Numbered from the stretch's first letter, positions 10,338 to 19,486 are shown. The stretch is DNA of 37,052 bases from an uncultured delta proteobacterium (GCA_963840855.1 CAWJBB010000090.1:1-37052), one strand, 5' to 3'. Numbers and translations: made by a program. The notes: generated from the letters alone by a model not told the origin.

Positions 10338-11171
10338 TTAGGGAGACTTTGTTGTGATTTTTTCTCGGAGCAAAAATAATCCGGTTAGAGGTGGGCTCAC
10401 TCTGGCGAAAGCCGTGAAATCTTCGTAACGAAGTTGCGCGAGGGGATAATTCAACGCGCTTTGGGTCATTCCCAGATGGAAACACATTTCGGCAAATCGA
10501 ATCCCGATGGCTTTTGTGTTCAGTACCGGCACACCCACTTCGCGTTCTAAGTCCTTGGGAGAGACCAGGGTTGGAACAACTGCGCCACCGAGAGGAATGA
10601 TGCACCCCGCGCCGCTCTTTTTGATGGTGGCGCGCATGACCTCAACGGCGCGGGCAAATATCTCATCTGTTCGCTTCTCCGCGGTTTCATCATAGAGGCC
10701 GATTGCGGTAATATCTTTGACAAAGCCCTGCATGCCGTAGGAATGAACAATCTGCGATGCGTATGCGATGTGCTCTTCGAGGGGCGCGATGATGGCGATC
10801 GAATTAGAAAGAACCGAGGCGGCGTGAAGCGCCGTGCGAAATACGCCAATGACGGGGATGCGCACCGTCTGACGGGCCGCTTCCACGCCTGGGTCAAATG
10901 TATTGCTCTGCACCACGGCATCGTAACCGTTCTTCTCGGCCCAAACGATCTTCCGAATAATCGCCGGTGTTTGCAGCACGTGGTAAATTCCGGGGACTTC
11001 GTTCCGCGCGCCGAGATCTAACGAAAGCTTGGCTCCAGGATAATCATCCGGAAAACATAACTCGACTTGAGTACCCGCGGAGGCGTAACCGTCGAGTTGG
11101 GCTTGGATCTTGGCATATCTTTCTTTGGCCTTGGGATTCTCCGGCAGATGGCTGAGGAACATGATTCGCAT
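10338..11171 (-). CDS. Asp/Glu/hydantoin racemase family homolog
   Basis: AEKNGYDAVV..xxxDPGVEAARQ.V.IPVIG, ..GAG.IIPLG, GVPVL pattern of hydantoin/allantoin racemases. Confidence 0.75.
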   Translation of the reverse strand: MRIMFLSHLPENPKAKERYAKIQAQLDGYASAGTQVELCFPDDYPGAKLSLDLGARNEVPGIYHVLQTPAIIRKIVWAEKNGYDAVVQSNTFDPGVEAARQTVRIPVIGVFRTALHAASVLSNSIAIIAPLEEHIAYASQIVHSYGMQGFVKDITAIGLYDETAEKRTDEIFARAVEVMRATIKKSGAGCIIPLGGAVVPTLVSPKDLEREVGVPVLNTKAIGIRFAEMCFHLGMTQSALNYPLAQLRYEDFTAFARVSPPLTGLFLLREKITTKSP

Positions 11172-11216
11172 CCTTCATTCCCCTTTCTTTGATTCGCCTC
11201 GTGAGCTTTGCGAGTT

Positions 11217-12104
11217 TTAACTTGGCGGGCATCGCTCAAGCCACCAGCGGGCGATCTCATCCCGGCCCGCAAACCAAACCTTCGGAAAGCCTTTCGCATA
11301 CTCGATGAATCGCGCCACAGCCATTGCTCGGCCGGGACGCCCCGAAACGCGCGAGTGTAATCCGATTGACAACATCTTAGGATGGCTGGCGCCTTCCTTG
11401 TAGAGCATGTCAAAGCTATCTTTTAAATAGCTTAGGAATTGATCGCCGTTGCTCCAAGCGCCGCGCCAGTATTTACCGTCATTGCTGTCGAAAGCATAAG
11501 GAACCACCAGCCAGGGTTTCCCTTTCACCTCTGTATAGTAGGGCAGATCGTCGTTGATGCCGTCGCAATCATACAGAAAACCTTCCTCCGCCAAGATCTC
11601 TCGGGTATTGAGGCTGGGCCCGGATTTCGTAAACCAGCCCAGCGGCCTGCGTCCGGTCGTTTTCTCGATCAACGCCACGGCTCTGTGAACGCTTTCTTTT
11701 TCGCTATCGCGGTCAAGGTTCCATTGTTCCACCCAACGCAACCCGTGCCCGCAAACATCGTGGCCTCGTGCAGTAATCTCACGTCCGAGGGGCGGGTTTT
11801 GTTCCAACGCCATGGCACACGCGAAGAAGGTTGCTTTGACTTCGTATTGCTCGAACAGCCGCAACAGTCGCCAAACACCTGCTCGCCCCCCATATTCCCA
11901 CTGAGTTTCCGTCTGCAGACTGCGCGCCTCTGGCGGCTTGCGAGACGGTATTTCTCCGTTGGTCTCGTGTCGCTTATCGCCGTACACCGGCGTGAGCTCG
12001 GAACCCTCCTCGTAGTTGACGACCAGCGAGACGGCAATTTGGCAGCCGCCAGGCCATTCCACTCGGGGTATATTTTTTCCATAGCCGACCAGGTCACGTT
12101 TCAT
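11217..12104 (-). CDS. PuuE-like allantoinase / polysaccharide deacetylase family
   Basis: RDLVGYG..P..WP, VVNYEEG, EYGGRAGVWR, HGLRW, DDLPY, PY..DSND, SIGLHSR..GRPGR. Confidence 0.85.
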   Translation of the reverse strand: MKRDLVGYGKNIPRVEWPGGCQIAVSLVVNYEEGSELTPVYGDKRHETNGEIPSRKPPEARSLQTETQWEYGGRAGVWRLLRLFEQYEVKATFFACAMALEQNPPLGREITARGHDVCGHGLRWVEQWNLDRDSEKESVHRAVALIEKTTGRRPLGWFTKSGPSLNTREILAEEGFLYDCDGINDDLPYYTEVKGKPWLVVPYAFDSNDGKYWRGAWSNGDQFLSYLKDSFDMLYKEGASHPKMLSIGLHSRVSGRPGRAMAVARFIEYAKGFPKVWFAGRDEIARWWLERCPPS

Positions 12105-12337
12105 CGCTGTTCCTTCCTGATTTGAACGGCTGCCGCCGTAGAACTATTTCGTTAGCACGACACAAAATACAACTGCGCCCTTCACATCCAAGGTCGTAGA
12201 GATACTCAATCCTGGTGTTCACGTCAATGAACCCCAGAATAAGAATTGTGTCCAGAGAATTATTGGGTTCCAGTCATTCCAAATGTTTGCATCTTCGACA
12301 TGAAATAGATAAAAGCCAAAATGGATGCGAGGGAGAC

Positions 12338-13142
12338 ATGGCTTATCTAAAATTGAGAGACGCAGAAATTTACTACGAGGTTTATGGCGAAGGGCGGCCC
12401 TTTCTCTTTTGTAGCCCCACTGGCGTCGATGGGCAGTGCTGGAAAGCCTACCAGGTTCCCGAATTTTCCCGCGACCACAAGGTCATTATCTTCGATTATC
12501 GCGGCACGGGCAGGTCGAGCAAGACGGTGATGAAATACTCCACCGCGATGTTCGCTGCCGACGCGGCGGCCATTCTCGATGCATTAGGCGCAGAGCAGGC
12601 GATCGTCTGCGGTCATTCCAACGGCGGAAGAGTCGTCCAGAGCTTTGGCGCTGGATTACCCGCGGAAGGTGAGCAAGCTCATCCTGGCTTCGAGTGGATC
12701 GTCGTTCTCGGAGACTAAAGGCATTCCGTTGAAGCTCTGTCAGGGCATGATTGAAAAGGGCTTTGAAAGATACGTTCGCGAGCACACGATCGAAACCGGC
12801 TTTATGCCCGAGTATGTTGCGTCGCATCGAGACGTCGTCGACAAATTTCTCGAAGTCCGGATGGCGGGAATTGCCCCTTTACCGTGTTACCTGCGCCATG
12901 TCATAGCCAGGCAGGAGCATGATACGAGCTCGCGTTTAAAGGAGATTGGGGTTCCAACCCTGGTGCTGATCGGAGAAGACGAGCATGCCGCGACCAGCGA
13001 TCTGTCGCACCGCGCCAGCGCGGAAATTCTAAGGCGCGAAATCCCGCATGCGAAGTTCGTCGTTCTGCCCGGCCAAAGACATCACTATTTTGTCAGCGCC
13101 CCGGCCGCGGTCCACAAGGCGATTCGGGAGTTTATCGAATAA
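12338..13142 (+). CDS. Alpha/beta hydrolase (RutD/PcaD-like), +1 frameshift at ~12643
   Basis: YYEVYGEG, DYRGTGRS, GHSNGG nucleophile elbow. Continues LALDYPRKV..LIL, PTLVLIGEDE and HH in the shifted frame. Confidence 0.85.
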
Positions 13143-13327
13143 GAGAGGCGTTCCCGTTTCGGGAAAAAGATTCCATTCACCAATACAAGCCTAACCCTAA
13201 ATAAGATAGACGCCGGGGTCGATGCCGCAGCGTTTTCCTATTTCTACCAATGGAATCCATCCAAGAACGGCTGCAATAAAGATTTCACTTGGCACGCCGC
13301 TTCTGGTGGCGAAGTAAGGACAGAAGG

Positions 13328-14458
13328 ATGCCACGCCAGAACATCATGGTGAGGATTGTCTTATCGGCTACGCTGTTTGGCGTGACGATATTCGCGCCTC
13401 CGGTGTACGGCCAGCAAAGCAAAGCCATCGGGTCGACGGATTGGGAAAAGTTGGTCGACGCGGCCAGGAAAGAAGGCAAGGTGACGGTATCGATCCCGGC
13501 CAGCGCCGAAATGAAAAAACAGGTCGAGGAGCAATTCAAAAAACGTTACGGCATCGAAGTGGAAACTTTCACGGCGCGCGGCAGCACGGGCGTGCGCCGC
13601 ATGGCGGACGAATTCAAAGCCGGCGTGCGCCATTTCGATTTGCACATCGGCGGTTCCTCTTCGATCATCTCCGGCATGCTGGACGAGGGCATTCTTGATC
13701 CGATCGAACCGTGGCTGGCGCTACCCGAAGTTAAAGATCCGAAACAGTGGTGGGGCGGTCACCTGTGGGTCGATAACGCCAAACGATTCGTGTACACGTT
13801 TCAGGCGTATCTTTCGGAAGTTATTTGGTACAACACCGAACTGGTCAAGCCGGCCGAGATCCGTTCACTGGACGATTTTCTCAACCCGAAATGGAAAGGC
13901 AAGATCGGCTATCTCGATCCGCGCACGCCGGGGGCCGGAGACTCCACTTGGTCGTTCATGTGGCGGGTCAAAGGCGAAGAGTATTTAAAAAGGCTCGTGG
14001 CGCAGGATCTATATCTCGGCCGCGATCAACGAATACTCGCTGAAAATTTGGCCAGAGGTCGAATCGCCGTCATGATCGGCAACTCCTATTATTCTTATCT
14101 GCCCTTTCTCAAAGCGGGATTGCCGATCAAATCGCTGCCGACACTCAAAGAGGGAAATTACGGCACCGGCGGCAGCGGTAATCTGGCGATCATCAAAGCG
14201 CCGGCACACCCGAACAGCACCAAGGTTTTCGTCAACTGGTTGTTGGGCCGCGAGGGACAGGAGATAGTTTCCCGAGCGCTCGGTCAGGCGACCAGGCGTC
14301 TCGATGTCGATACCCGTTTTCTAAGAGAGTCCGGCACAATCGCGGCTAAAGACACAATGTCGGTCAGTGATTTTTTACAGATCGAAAATCAGTCGGAAGA
14401 AAAACTCGACAAGGTGCGCGAACCCGCCTCCAAGGTTGCCCACACCCTGTTGAAGTAG
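13328..14458 (+). CDS. Extracellular solute-binding protein (family 1-like)
   Basis: Signal peptide, WEKLVDAARKEGKV, LNPKWKGKI, APAHPNSTKVFVNWLLGREGQ. Start uncertain (13328 or 13346). Confidence 0.85.
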   Translation: MPRQNIMVRIVLSATLFGVTIFAPPVYGQQSKAIGSTDWEKLVDAARKEGKVTVSIPASAEMKKQVEEQFKKRYGIEVETFTARGSTGVRRMADEFKAGVRHFDLHIGGSSSIISGMLDEGILDPIEPWLALPEVKDPKQWWGGHLWVDNAKRFVYTFQAYLSEVIWYNTELVKPAEIRSLDDFLNPKWKGKIGYLDPRTPGAGDSTWSFMWRVKGEEYLKRLVAQDLYLGRDQRILAENLARGRIAVMIGNSYYSYLPFLKAGLPIKSLPTLKEGNYGTGGSGNLAIIKAPAHPNSTKVFVNWLLGREGQEIVSRALGQATRRLDVDTRFLRESGTIAAKDTMSVSDFLQIENQSEEKLDKVREPASKVAHTLLK

Positions 14459-14520
14459 CAATGAGGCGAGCGCGCAGCGAAAGAGGCGCCCCAAGAACTG
14501 TTACGATCGAAAGGACTTGC

Positions 14521-15936
14521 ATGGCTAACCATTCGACGATCCGCGAAACCGAATCAGAAGACTTGGAAACTTATTTCAAAAAATACCCAGACGTTCCCAA
14601 GGAGACGATTCTCAAGCAACATCTGCTGAGCCTCGGTCATTGGTTCAGCGACGCAGCGCTCCAAGCCGCGGAGGGCGCGCTGGTCAAGTCCTACCGATTG
14701 TTCTCCTACGACCTCGTGCCGATGTCCGAGTTTAAGCGGGGAGAGCATCGGCGCGTGCCGGAGCACTTCGTCATCCTTAATGGGCCCTACGGCATGCGCC
14801 CGGTGGCGATTCAGACTTCACTTTCTCCTTACTCACCTTACCTGATCGATGTCGTCGATGGCCGGCTCGTCATGACGACGCAAGGGCGCGTGCTCGCGGA
14901 GGTCCGCTTCCCGAAAACGCCTGACTACTATGCGAAGAGTTTGCCTGACGGTACCCCCTATCATGAGATCGTCGCCTTCGGCGCGTTCATTACGATCTTT
15001 CGCAATTGCCAATACTGGGGGGCGAAGGAGGAGTGCAAGTTCTGTGACATCAACGAGAACGCGCGCCAGATGAAGCTGTCGCGCGACTTCACTCTGGCGG
15101 CGCCGGTAAAATCGGTGGAAGATGTCGTGCTAGTCTGCGACGAGGTCGCCAGCGACGCCCGCAGGCTTGGAGTAAGCGCGCCCGGCTTCGTGCTCAGCGG
15201 CGGCTCGATCATCAAGACGCTGCACGGCAAGAGCGAAGTGGATTTCTACGAGGAGTACATCCGTGCCATCAAAGAGAGCTCGGCGAAGCCAAGAATTACC
15301 TTCGAGGTCAATGCCCGGCCGCGCGCAGAGGTGGAACGGTACAAAGCAGCCGGCGCCGACAACATCCACTTTAACATGGAGGTATGGGACAAGCGGCTCT
15401 TCGAATGGATCAATCCCGGCAAGGCCGAACGCGTTGGCTGGGACAACTGGGTACGTTGGATGTGCGACGCAGTCGAGGTATTTGGCACCGGGTACGTGCA
15501 GCCGAGTTTCGTCTCCGGCATCGAAATGGCACGACCGCATGGTTTTCAAACCGTCGCTGAAGCGGTCAATTCGACTACCGGCTGTTTCGAGTATCTCATG
15601 TCACGCGGCATTATGCCGCGGCCGCAGCAGTGGCGGCGCGAGCCGTCGACGGCGCTATGCAAGGAGGCCGACCAGCCGCCGGTGCCATTGGACTATTACG
15701 TGCTGCTCACGCGCAATTGGTACGAGTGCTACCAAAAATATCGCTCGCAGTTGCCCCAGTTTGGCAAGCGTAAGGCCGGGCTTCTTGCCGAACGTAACTT
15801 GCTGGGTCCGGTTCACGGCGCCTACGGCGACTATGTCATGCTGAGCGAAAATCTATTTCCGGACGATATCGAAGAGCAGATCAACCGACGCAGCGTGCCG
15901 TTCGAGAATATCGAGGGAGGCGCAAGTGTTTCATGA
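14521..15936 (+). CDS. Radical SAM protein with non-canonical CX8CX2C motif
   Basis: CQYWGAKEECKFC, LSGGS, NMEVWD..F..INPGK, VSGIE motifs of the biotin-synthase-like/MSMEG_0568-like radical SAM group. RBS AAGGA. Confidence 0.8.
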   Translation: MANHSTIRETESEDLETYFKKYPDVPKETILKQHLLSLGHWFSDAALQAAEGALVKSYRLFSYDLVPMSEFKRGEHRRVPEHFVILNGPYGMRPVAIQTSLSPYSPYLIDVVDGRLVMTTQGRVLAEVRFPKTPDYYAKSLPDGTPYHEIVAFGAFITIFRNCQYWGAKEECKFCDINENARQMKLSRDFTLAAPVKSVEDVVLVCDEVASDARRLGVSAPGFVLSGGSIIKTLHGKSEVDFYEEYIRAIKESSAKPRITFEVNARPRAEVERYKAAGADNIHFNMEVWDKRLFEWINPGKAERVGWDNWVRWMCDAVEVFGTGYVQPSFVSGIEMARPHGFQTVAEAVNSTTGCFEYLMSRGIMPRPQQWRREPSTALCKEADQPPVPLDYYVLLTRNWYECYQKYRSQLPQFGKRKAGLLAERNLLGPVHGAYGDYVMLSENLFPDDIEEQINRRSVPFENIEGGASVS

Positions 15937-16495
15937 CATTTCGGCCGACATGCAGCAGGTGATGCGCGCGCTGGAGGAACAGACGGAGCGCGATCAACCG
16001 TCACTGCGCAGTGTTTTCACAGACGTTGGGCGCTGCCTTTCGCTCCTGGCGATGTCGGCGCCGCAGGGCGCATTTCTCGAACTGGGTAGCAGCGGTGGCT
16101 ACTCCAGTCTGTGGCTGTCGCTGGCCGCCCGCGCAAAAGGAGTCACGCTTACAACGGTCGATCTCGATGAAAAGAAGGTCGCCTTGGCTCGAGAGAACAT
16201 CTTCCGCGCCGGCGCGGGAGGTTCGGTCCAAGTCTTTCATGGCAACGCTCTCGACTACGCAACCCGTTTCGAGGAGATCGCGTTTTGCTTCTCGGATATC
16301 GAGCCCCCGGAGTCCAACGCCAAGGTTTACGAACAAGTGGTCCCGCGCCTTGTGTCCGGCGGTTGGCTTATCATCGATAACGTAACTTCGCCCCGCATCC
16401 AGACCGAGCTCTTGAACCGCGCGCGAAGCGATGCACGCGTAGACTGCGTGCTGTTGCCTTTTCCGAAAGGCGATCTCATCTGCCGGAAAATTTGA
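15926..16495 (+). CDS. SAM-dependent O-methyltransferase (YrrM/Methyltransf_3-like)
   Basis: LELGSSGGYSSLWL, VDLD, GNALD, FCFSD, GGWLIIDN. The GTG start overlaps the radical SAM stop, with RBS GAGG. Confidence 0.85.
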   Translation: MFHDISADMQQVMRALEEQTERDQPSLRSVFTDVGRCLSLLAMSAPQGAFLELGSSGGYSSLWLSLAARAKGVTLTTVDLDEKKVALARENIFRAGAGGSVQVFHGNALDYATRFEEIAFCFSDIEPPESNAKVYEQVVPRLVSGGWLIIDNVTSPRIQTELLNRARSDARVDCVLLPFPKGDLICRKI

Positions 16496-16497
16496 CC

Positions 16498-16641
16498 CTA
16501 GTGAGCTGTAACAATTGATTCGCGTCTAAGTTCGAAGAACCCTTCGACAAGCTCAGGGTGAACGGTCAAGGCATAAGCCGTTCGTGGTGAGGCTCTCGAA
16601 CCATGAACGGCAAACGCTATGTCGCTGTTACAGGTCACTAG
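16498..16641. mobile_element. MITE-like element (144 bp) with 16-bp terminal inverted repeats
   Basis: CTAGTGAGCTGTAACA ... TGTTACAGGTCACTAG (15/16 match). Internal REP-like motifs CCCTTCGACAAGCTCAGGGTGAACGG and CCGTTCGTGGT...ACCATGAACGG. Confidence 0.65.
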
Positions 16642-16783
16642 TCGCGCTACAAGAGGGATCAAATCCGCTTTTTGTTTTAGAACACTCTAGCCACAGTTCG
16701 ACCGTTTACGGGGTCTATCAACGGTACAAGGTCGATCCTTTCTGAACCGGCAACACCGTCGCTTTGCTCTAAGCGAATACCGA

Positions 16784-17806
16784 TTAAGTCGTATGGGCCT
16801 CTGTTTTATTCAATGCAAAGGTTTGCGCCAGCAGTTCGTAGGAGCGATGGCGCGGAGCGGGATCGTAAGTCCATGTGACCACGACCAGCTCGTCGAGTTC
16901 TAAACTTTTCGCGAGTTCTTTCAGGCGCGCGGCCACCTGGTCTGAAGATCCGACAATCGCCTTGCGGCGCAGCTTTGCGGCAGTGGCCATCTCAGCGGCA
17001 GAACACGGGCGCTCGGCTTCCTCGGGCGGCATGAGCGGCAGACGGATGCCTTGTCGGCGATCTATGATTGAGCGCTCGCGGCTTTTGAACTGGTGGAGCG
17101 CCTCTTCTTCCGTATCGGCCGCCAACGCCCAGACGCAAATCGTGGCGATCGGCTTGGGGTTATGTTCGCTAGGGCGATAGTTCTTGCGGTAAAGATCCAG
17201 CGCCTGCTCCACGCCCGTACCTTCGCTGAAAAAATAAGCGAACGCGTAGGGCAAGCCAAAATAAGCCGCGAGTTGAGCGCCGTAATCTGAGCTGCCGAGA
17301 ATCCATATCTCCGGGCTGCTCGGCCCCGTTGGTTGGGCAACGACTCTCCTGGAGGGGTGCCCCTCGGGCAGGGGAGTCCCCGACACCCAGTGTTGCAGCT
17401 CCTGTACTTGCCGGGGAAATTGGTCGAGGACGTTCTGGGGGTTCGGATTGAGGGCGTATGCCGTCATCTGGTCTGAGCCGGGGGCGCGGCCGATGCCCAG
17501 GTCGATGCGGCCAGGGGCAATGGCCTCGAGGACGCGGAACTGCTCGGCAACTTTCAGTGCTGAATAGTGCGGCAGCATGACGCCCGCGCTGCCGACACGG
17601 ATACGAGGCGTGGTGGCCGCGATCGCTGCCATGAGTATCTCGGGGGCTGTGCCGACGATACTGCCGGAGTTGTGGTGCTCCGAAACCCAATAGCGATGAT
17701 AACCCAGCGCAGCGCAATGCCGGGCGAGTTCGAGCGTCTCACGTATCGCAGCGTCCTGCGCTCTACCCTTGGACGCCGTCGATTGATCGAGTACTGACAA
17801 TCTCAT
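16784..17806 (-). CDS. LLM class flavin-dependent oxidoreductase (luciferase-like, group 1)
   Basis: MRLSVLDQS, YWVSEHH, RIRVGSAGVMLPHYSALKVAEQF, GRIDLGIGRAPG, WILGSS. Confidence 0.92.
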   Translation of the reverse strand: MRLSVLDQSTASKGRAQDAAIRETLELARHCAALGYHRYWVSEHHNSGSIVGTAPEILMAAIAATTPRIRVGSAGVMLPHYSALKVAEQFRVLEAIAPGRIDLGIGRAPGSDQMTAYALNPNPQNVLDQFPRQVQELQHWVSGTPLPEGHPSRRVVAQPTGPSSPEIWILGSSDYGAQLAAYFGLPYAFAYFFSEGTGVEQALDLYRKNYRPSEHNPKPIATICVWALAADTEEEALHQFKSRERSIIDRRQGIRLPLMPPEEAERPCSAAEMATAAKLRRKAIVGSSDQVAARLKELAKSLELDELVVVTWTYDPAPRHRSYELLAQTFALNKTEAHTT

Positions 17807-17928
17807 GGGTGGCCTGCTTTTCAGAGGTTCATTATTGTCTACCGCGGCGATAGGCCGGGATTCACACAGTCGTTGGCCATAGCTTTTCTGCCGAGGCAAG
17901 GTGCGGGTGGGGGCGGGCAGAGTAAACG

Positions 17929-18843
17929 TCAGCCAAGCCGATCGCCGACTTTCAAATCCGCTTGTTTGGCGAATTCGGCGCCGCTAACTTTCGCGCCTTC
18001 GCCGCGAACTTTCTTTACCGTCAGCGTGCCGCCGTTGAGCGCGATCGTTATCTCTTCCGCGCCGATTCCGGTCACTTGTCCGGCGGGTGTTGTAATACTT
18101 CCTGACTGCATTCGCGCGTCGAAAATTCGCACCATTTTCCCTTGCCACGTCGTGTGCGCGCCGGGCTGCGGATCGCAGCCGCGGATCAGATTGTAAACTT
18201 GTTCAGCCGGTTTAGACCAGTCGATCTTTGCATGCTCGTCACGGCAGGGTGGATCATAGGTCGCCTCCGATTCGTTTTGCACAATCCGCGGCGGGTTGCC
18301 GGCTTTGATCAAGTCCACCGCCTCGCCGATGGCATCCACCCCGAGCGGAAAGATTTTGTTAAAGTAAAGCGAGCCGGTGGTGTCGTCCGGTTCCACGGCC
18401 ACTTCCTTTTGCAGAAGAATCGGTCCCGTGTCGATGCCCTGGTCGACCCAGAAAAGCGTCACGCCGGTCGTGGTTTCGCCATTGATCAACGCCCAGTTGA
18501 TAGCGCTGGCGCCGCGATATTTCGGCAGCAATGAAGGGTGAAAACAGACGCTGCCCAAGCGGGGGACGCTGAAGACGTGGGCTGGCACAATCTGGGTCAC
18601 AAAAGCGAGAATCGCCAGGTCGGCGTCATAGGAAACGAACTCATCGCGAACTTCCGGCGCCTTGAGCGTTTTATGCTGTTTGACCGGGATGCCGAGCTGA
18701 AGAGATTTCTGTTTGACCGGATCGAATTTGCCACTCGGCGGATCGGGGGGGCAATAAACTGCCACGATTTCTTCGCCTTTGCCGGCGAGTTTTTCCAGCG
18801 ATTTTTCAGCGAATGCCGCTTGGCCCATCAGAATGATCCGCAT
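17929..18843 (-). CDS. Formyltransferase-fold protein resembling the 10-formyl-THF dehydrogenase N-terminal (hydrolase) domain
   Basis: MRIILMGQ..F, HPSLLPKYRGASAINW, FWVDQGIDTGPILLQKE, PDDT..SLY, IRGCDPQPGA. Confidence 0.8.
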   Translation of the reverse strand: MRIILMGQAAFAEKSLEKLAGKGEEIVAVYCPPDPPSGKFDPVKQKSLQLGIPVKQHKTLKAPEVRDEFVSYDADLAILAFVTQIVPAHVFSVPRLGSVCFHPSLLPKYRGASAINWALINGETTTGVTLFWVDQGIDTGPILLQKEVAVEPDDTTGSLYFNKIFPLGVDAIGEAVDLIKAGNPPRIVQNESEATYDPPCRDEHAKIDWSKPAEQVYNLIRGCDPQPGAHTTWQGKMVRIFDARMQSGSITTPAGQVTGIGAEEITIALNGGTLTVKKVRGEGAKVSGAEFAKQADLKVGDRLG

Positions 18844-18877
18844 AAGCCGCGTTCTCCTCAGCGTGGTCGGCAAGAAA

Positions 18878-19405
18878 CTATCCGATCACTTTGTAGTCGC
18901 CGCCCCTGTAGCTTCGGCATAGATTCACGTAAGTCGATGAGCCCATCTTGATCCAATGCAGCGCTTCGCCGGTAATTTCTTTTTTTACCTTAGCGGGGCT
19001 GCCAGCGGCGAGAACGCGGGGCGGGATCTTGGTATGCGGGGTAACGACGCTGCCCGCGCCGATGAGAGCTTCTTCGCCGATCTCGACGTGTTCCAGAAGC
19101 GTGACGTTCATGCCGATAATCGCGCCGCGCCTAACCAGCGGTCCTTCCATGATAGCGCCATGGCCGATGGTGCAGTCCTCTTCAATGATCGTCGGCGCTT
19201 CCCCCGAATGCATCACACAGTTGTCCTGAACACTGGTGCGCGCGCCGATGAGGATGGGATTGGCGTTTTGGTCCGACCTAAGCACCGCGCCCCACCAGAT
19301 GCTCGCTTCGTCGCCGACAGTCACGTCCCCGATTATCACGGCGGTGGGCGCAATGAAGGCCGTGGGAGAAATGTTAGGCCGTTTGCCTTTGTACTCGATG
19401 ATCAT
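18878..19405 (-). CDS. Gamma carbonic anhydrase family (YrdA/CaiE/PaaY-like)
   Basis: AFIAPTAVIIGDV, SIWWGAVLR.D, VQDNCVMH, TIGHGA, GSPAKV. Left-handed beta-helix hexapeptides. Confidence 0.9.
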   Translation of the reverse strand: MIIEYKGKRPNISPTAFIAPTAVIIGDVTVGDEASIWWGAVLRSDQNANPILIGARTSVQDNCVMHSGEAPTIIEEDCTIGHGAIMEGPLVRRGAIIGMNVTLLEHVEIGEEALIGAGSVVTPHTKIPPRVLAAGSPAKVKKEITGEALHWIKMGSSTYVNLCRSYRGGDYKVIG

Positions 19406-19486
19406 ACCAACTCTTGCCTCCGATCGATGTTGCGTCACGATATTTGACGGCCACGGGGAAATCAAGGTTGGCGGCTGTTTCTACTG

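Noticed and set aside
10200-10420. Extended C-terminal tails of the amidase and the racemase homolog as novel domains
   Set aside because: Both tails run into intergenic repeat-like sequence, so read-through into repeats or indel errors is the more likely cause.
16674-16690. GTTTTAGAAC resembling a type II CRISPR repeat start
   Set aside because: Single occurrence and no array.
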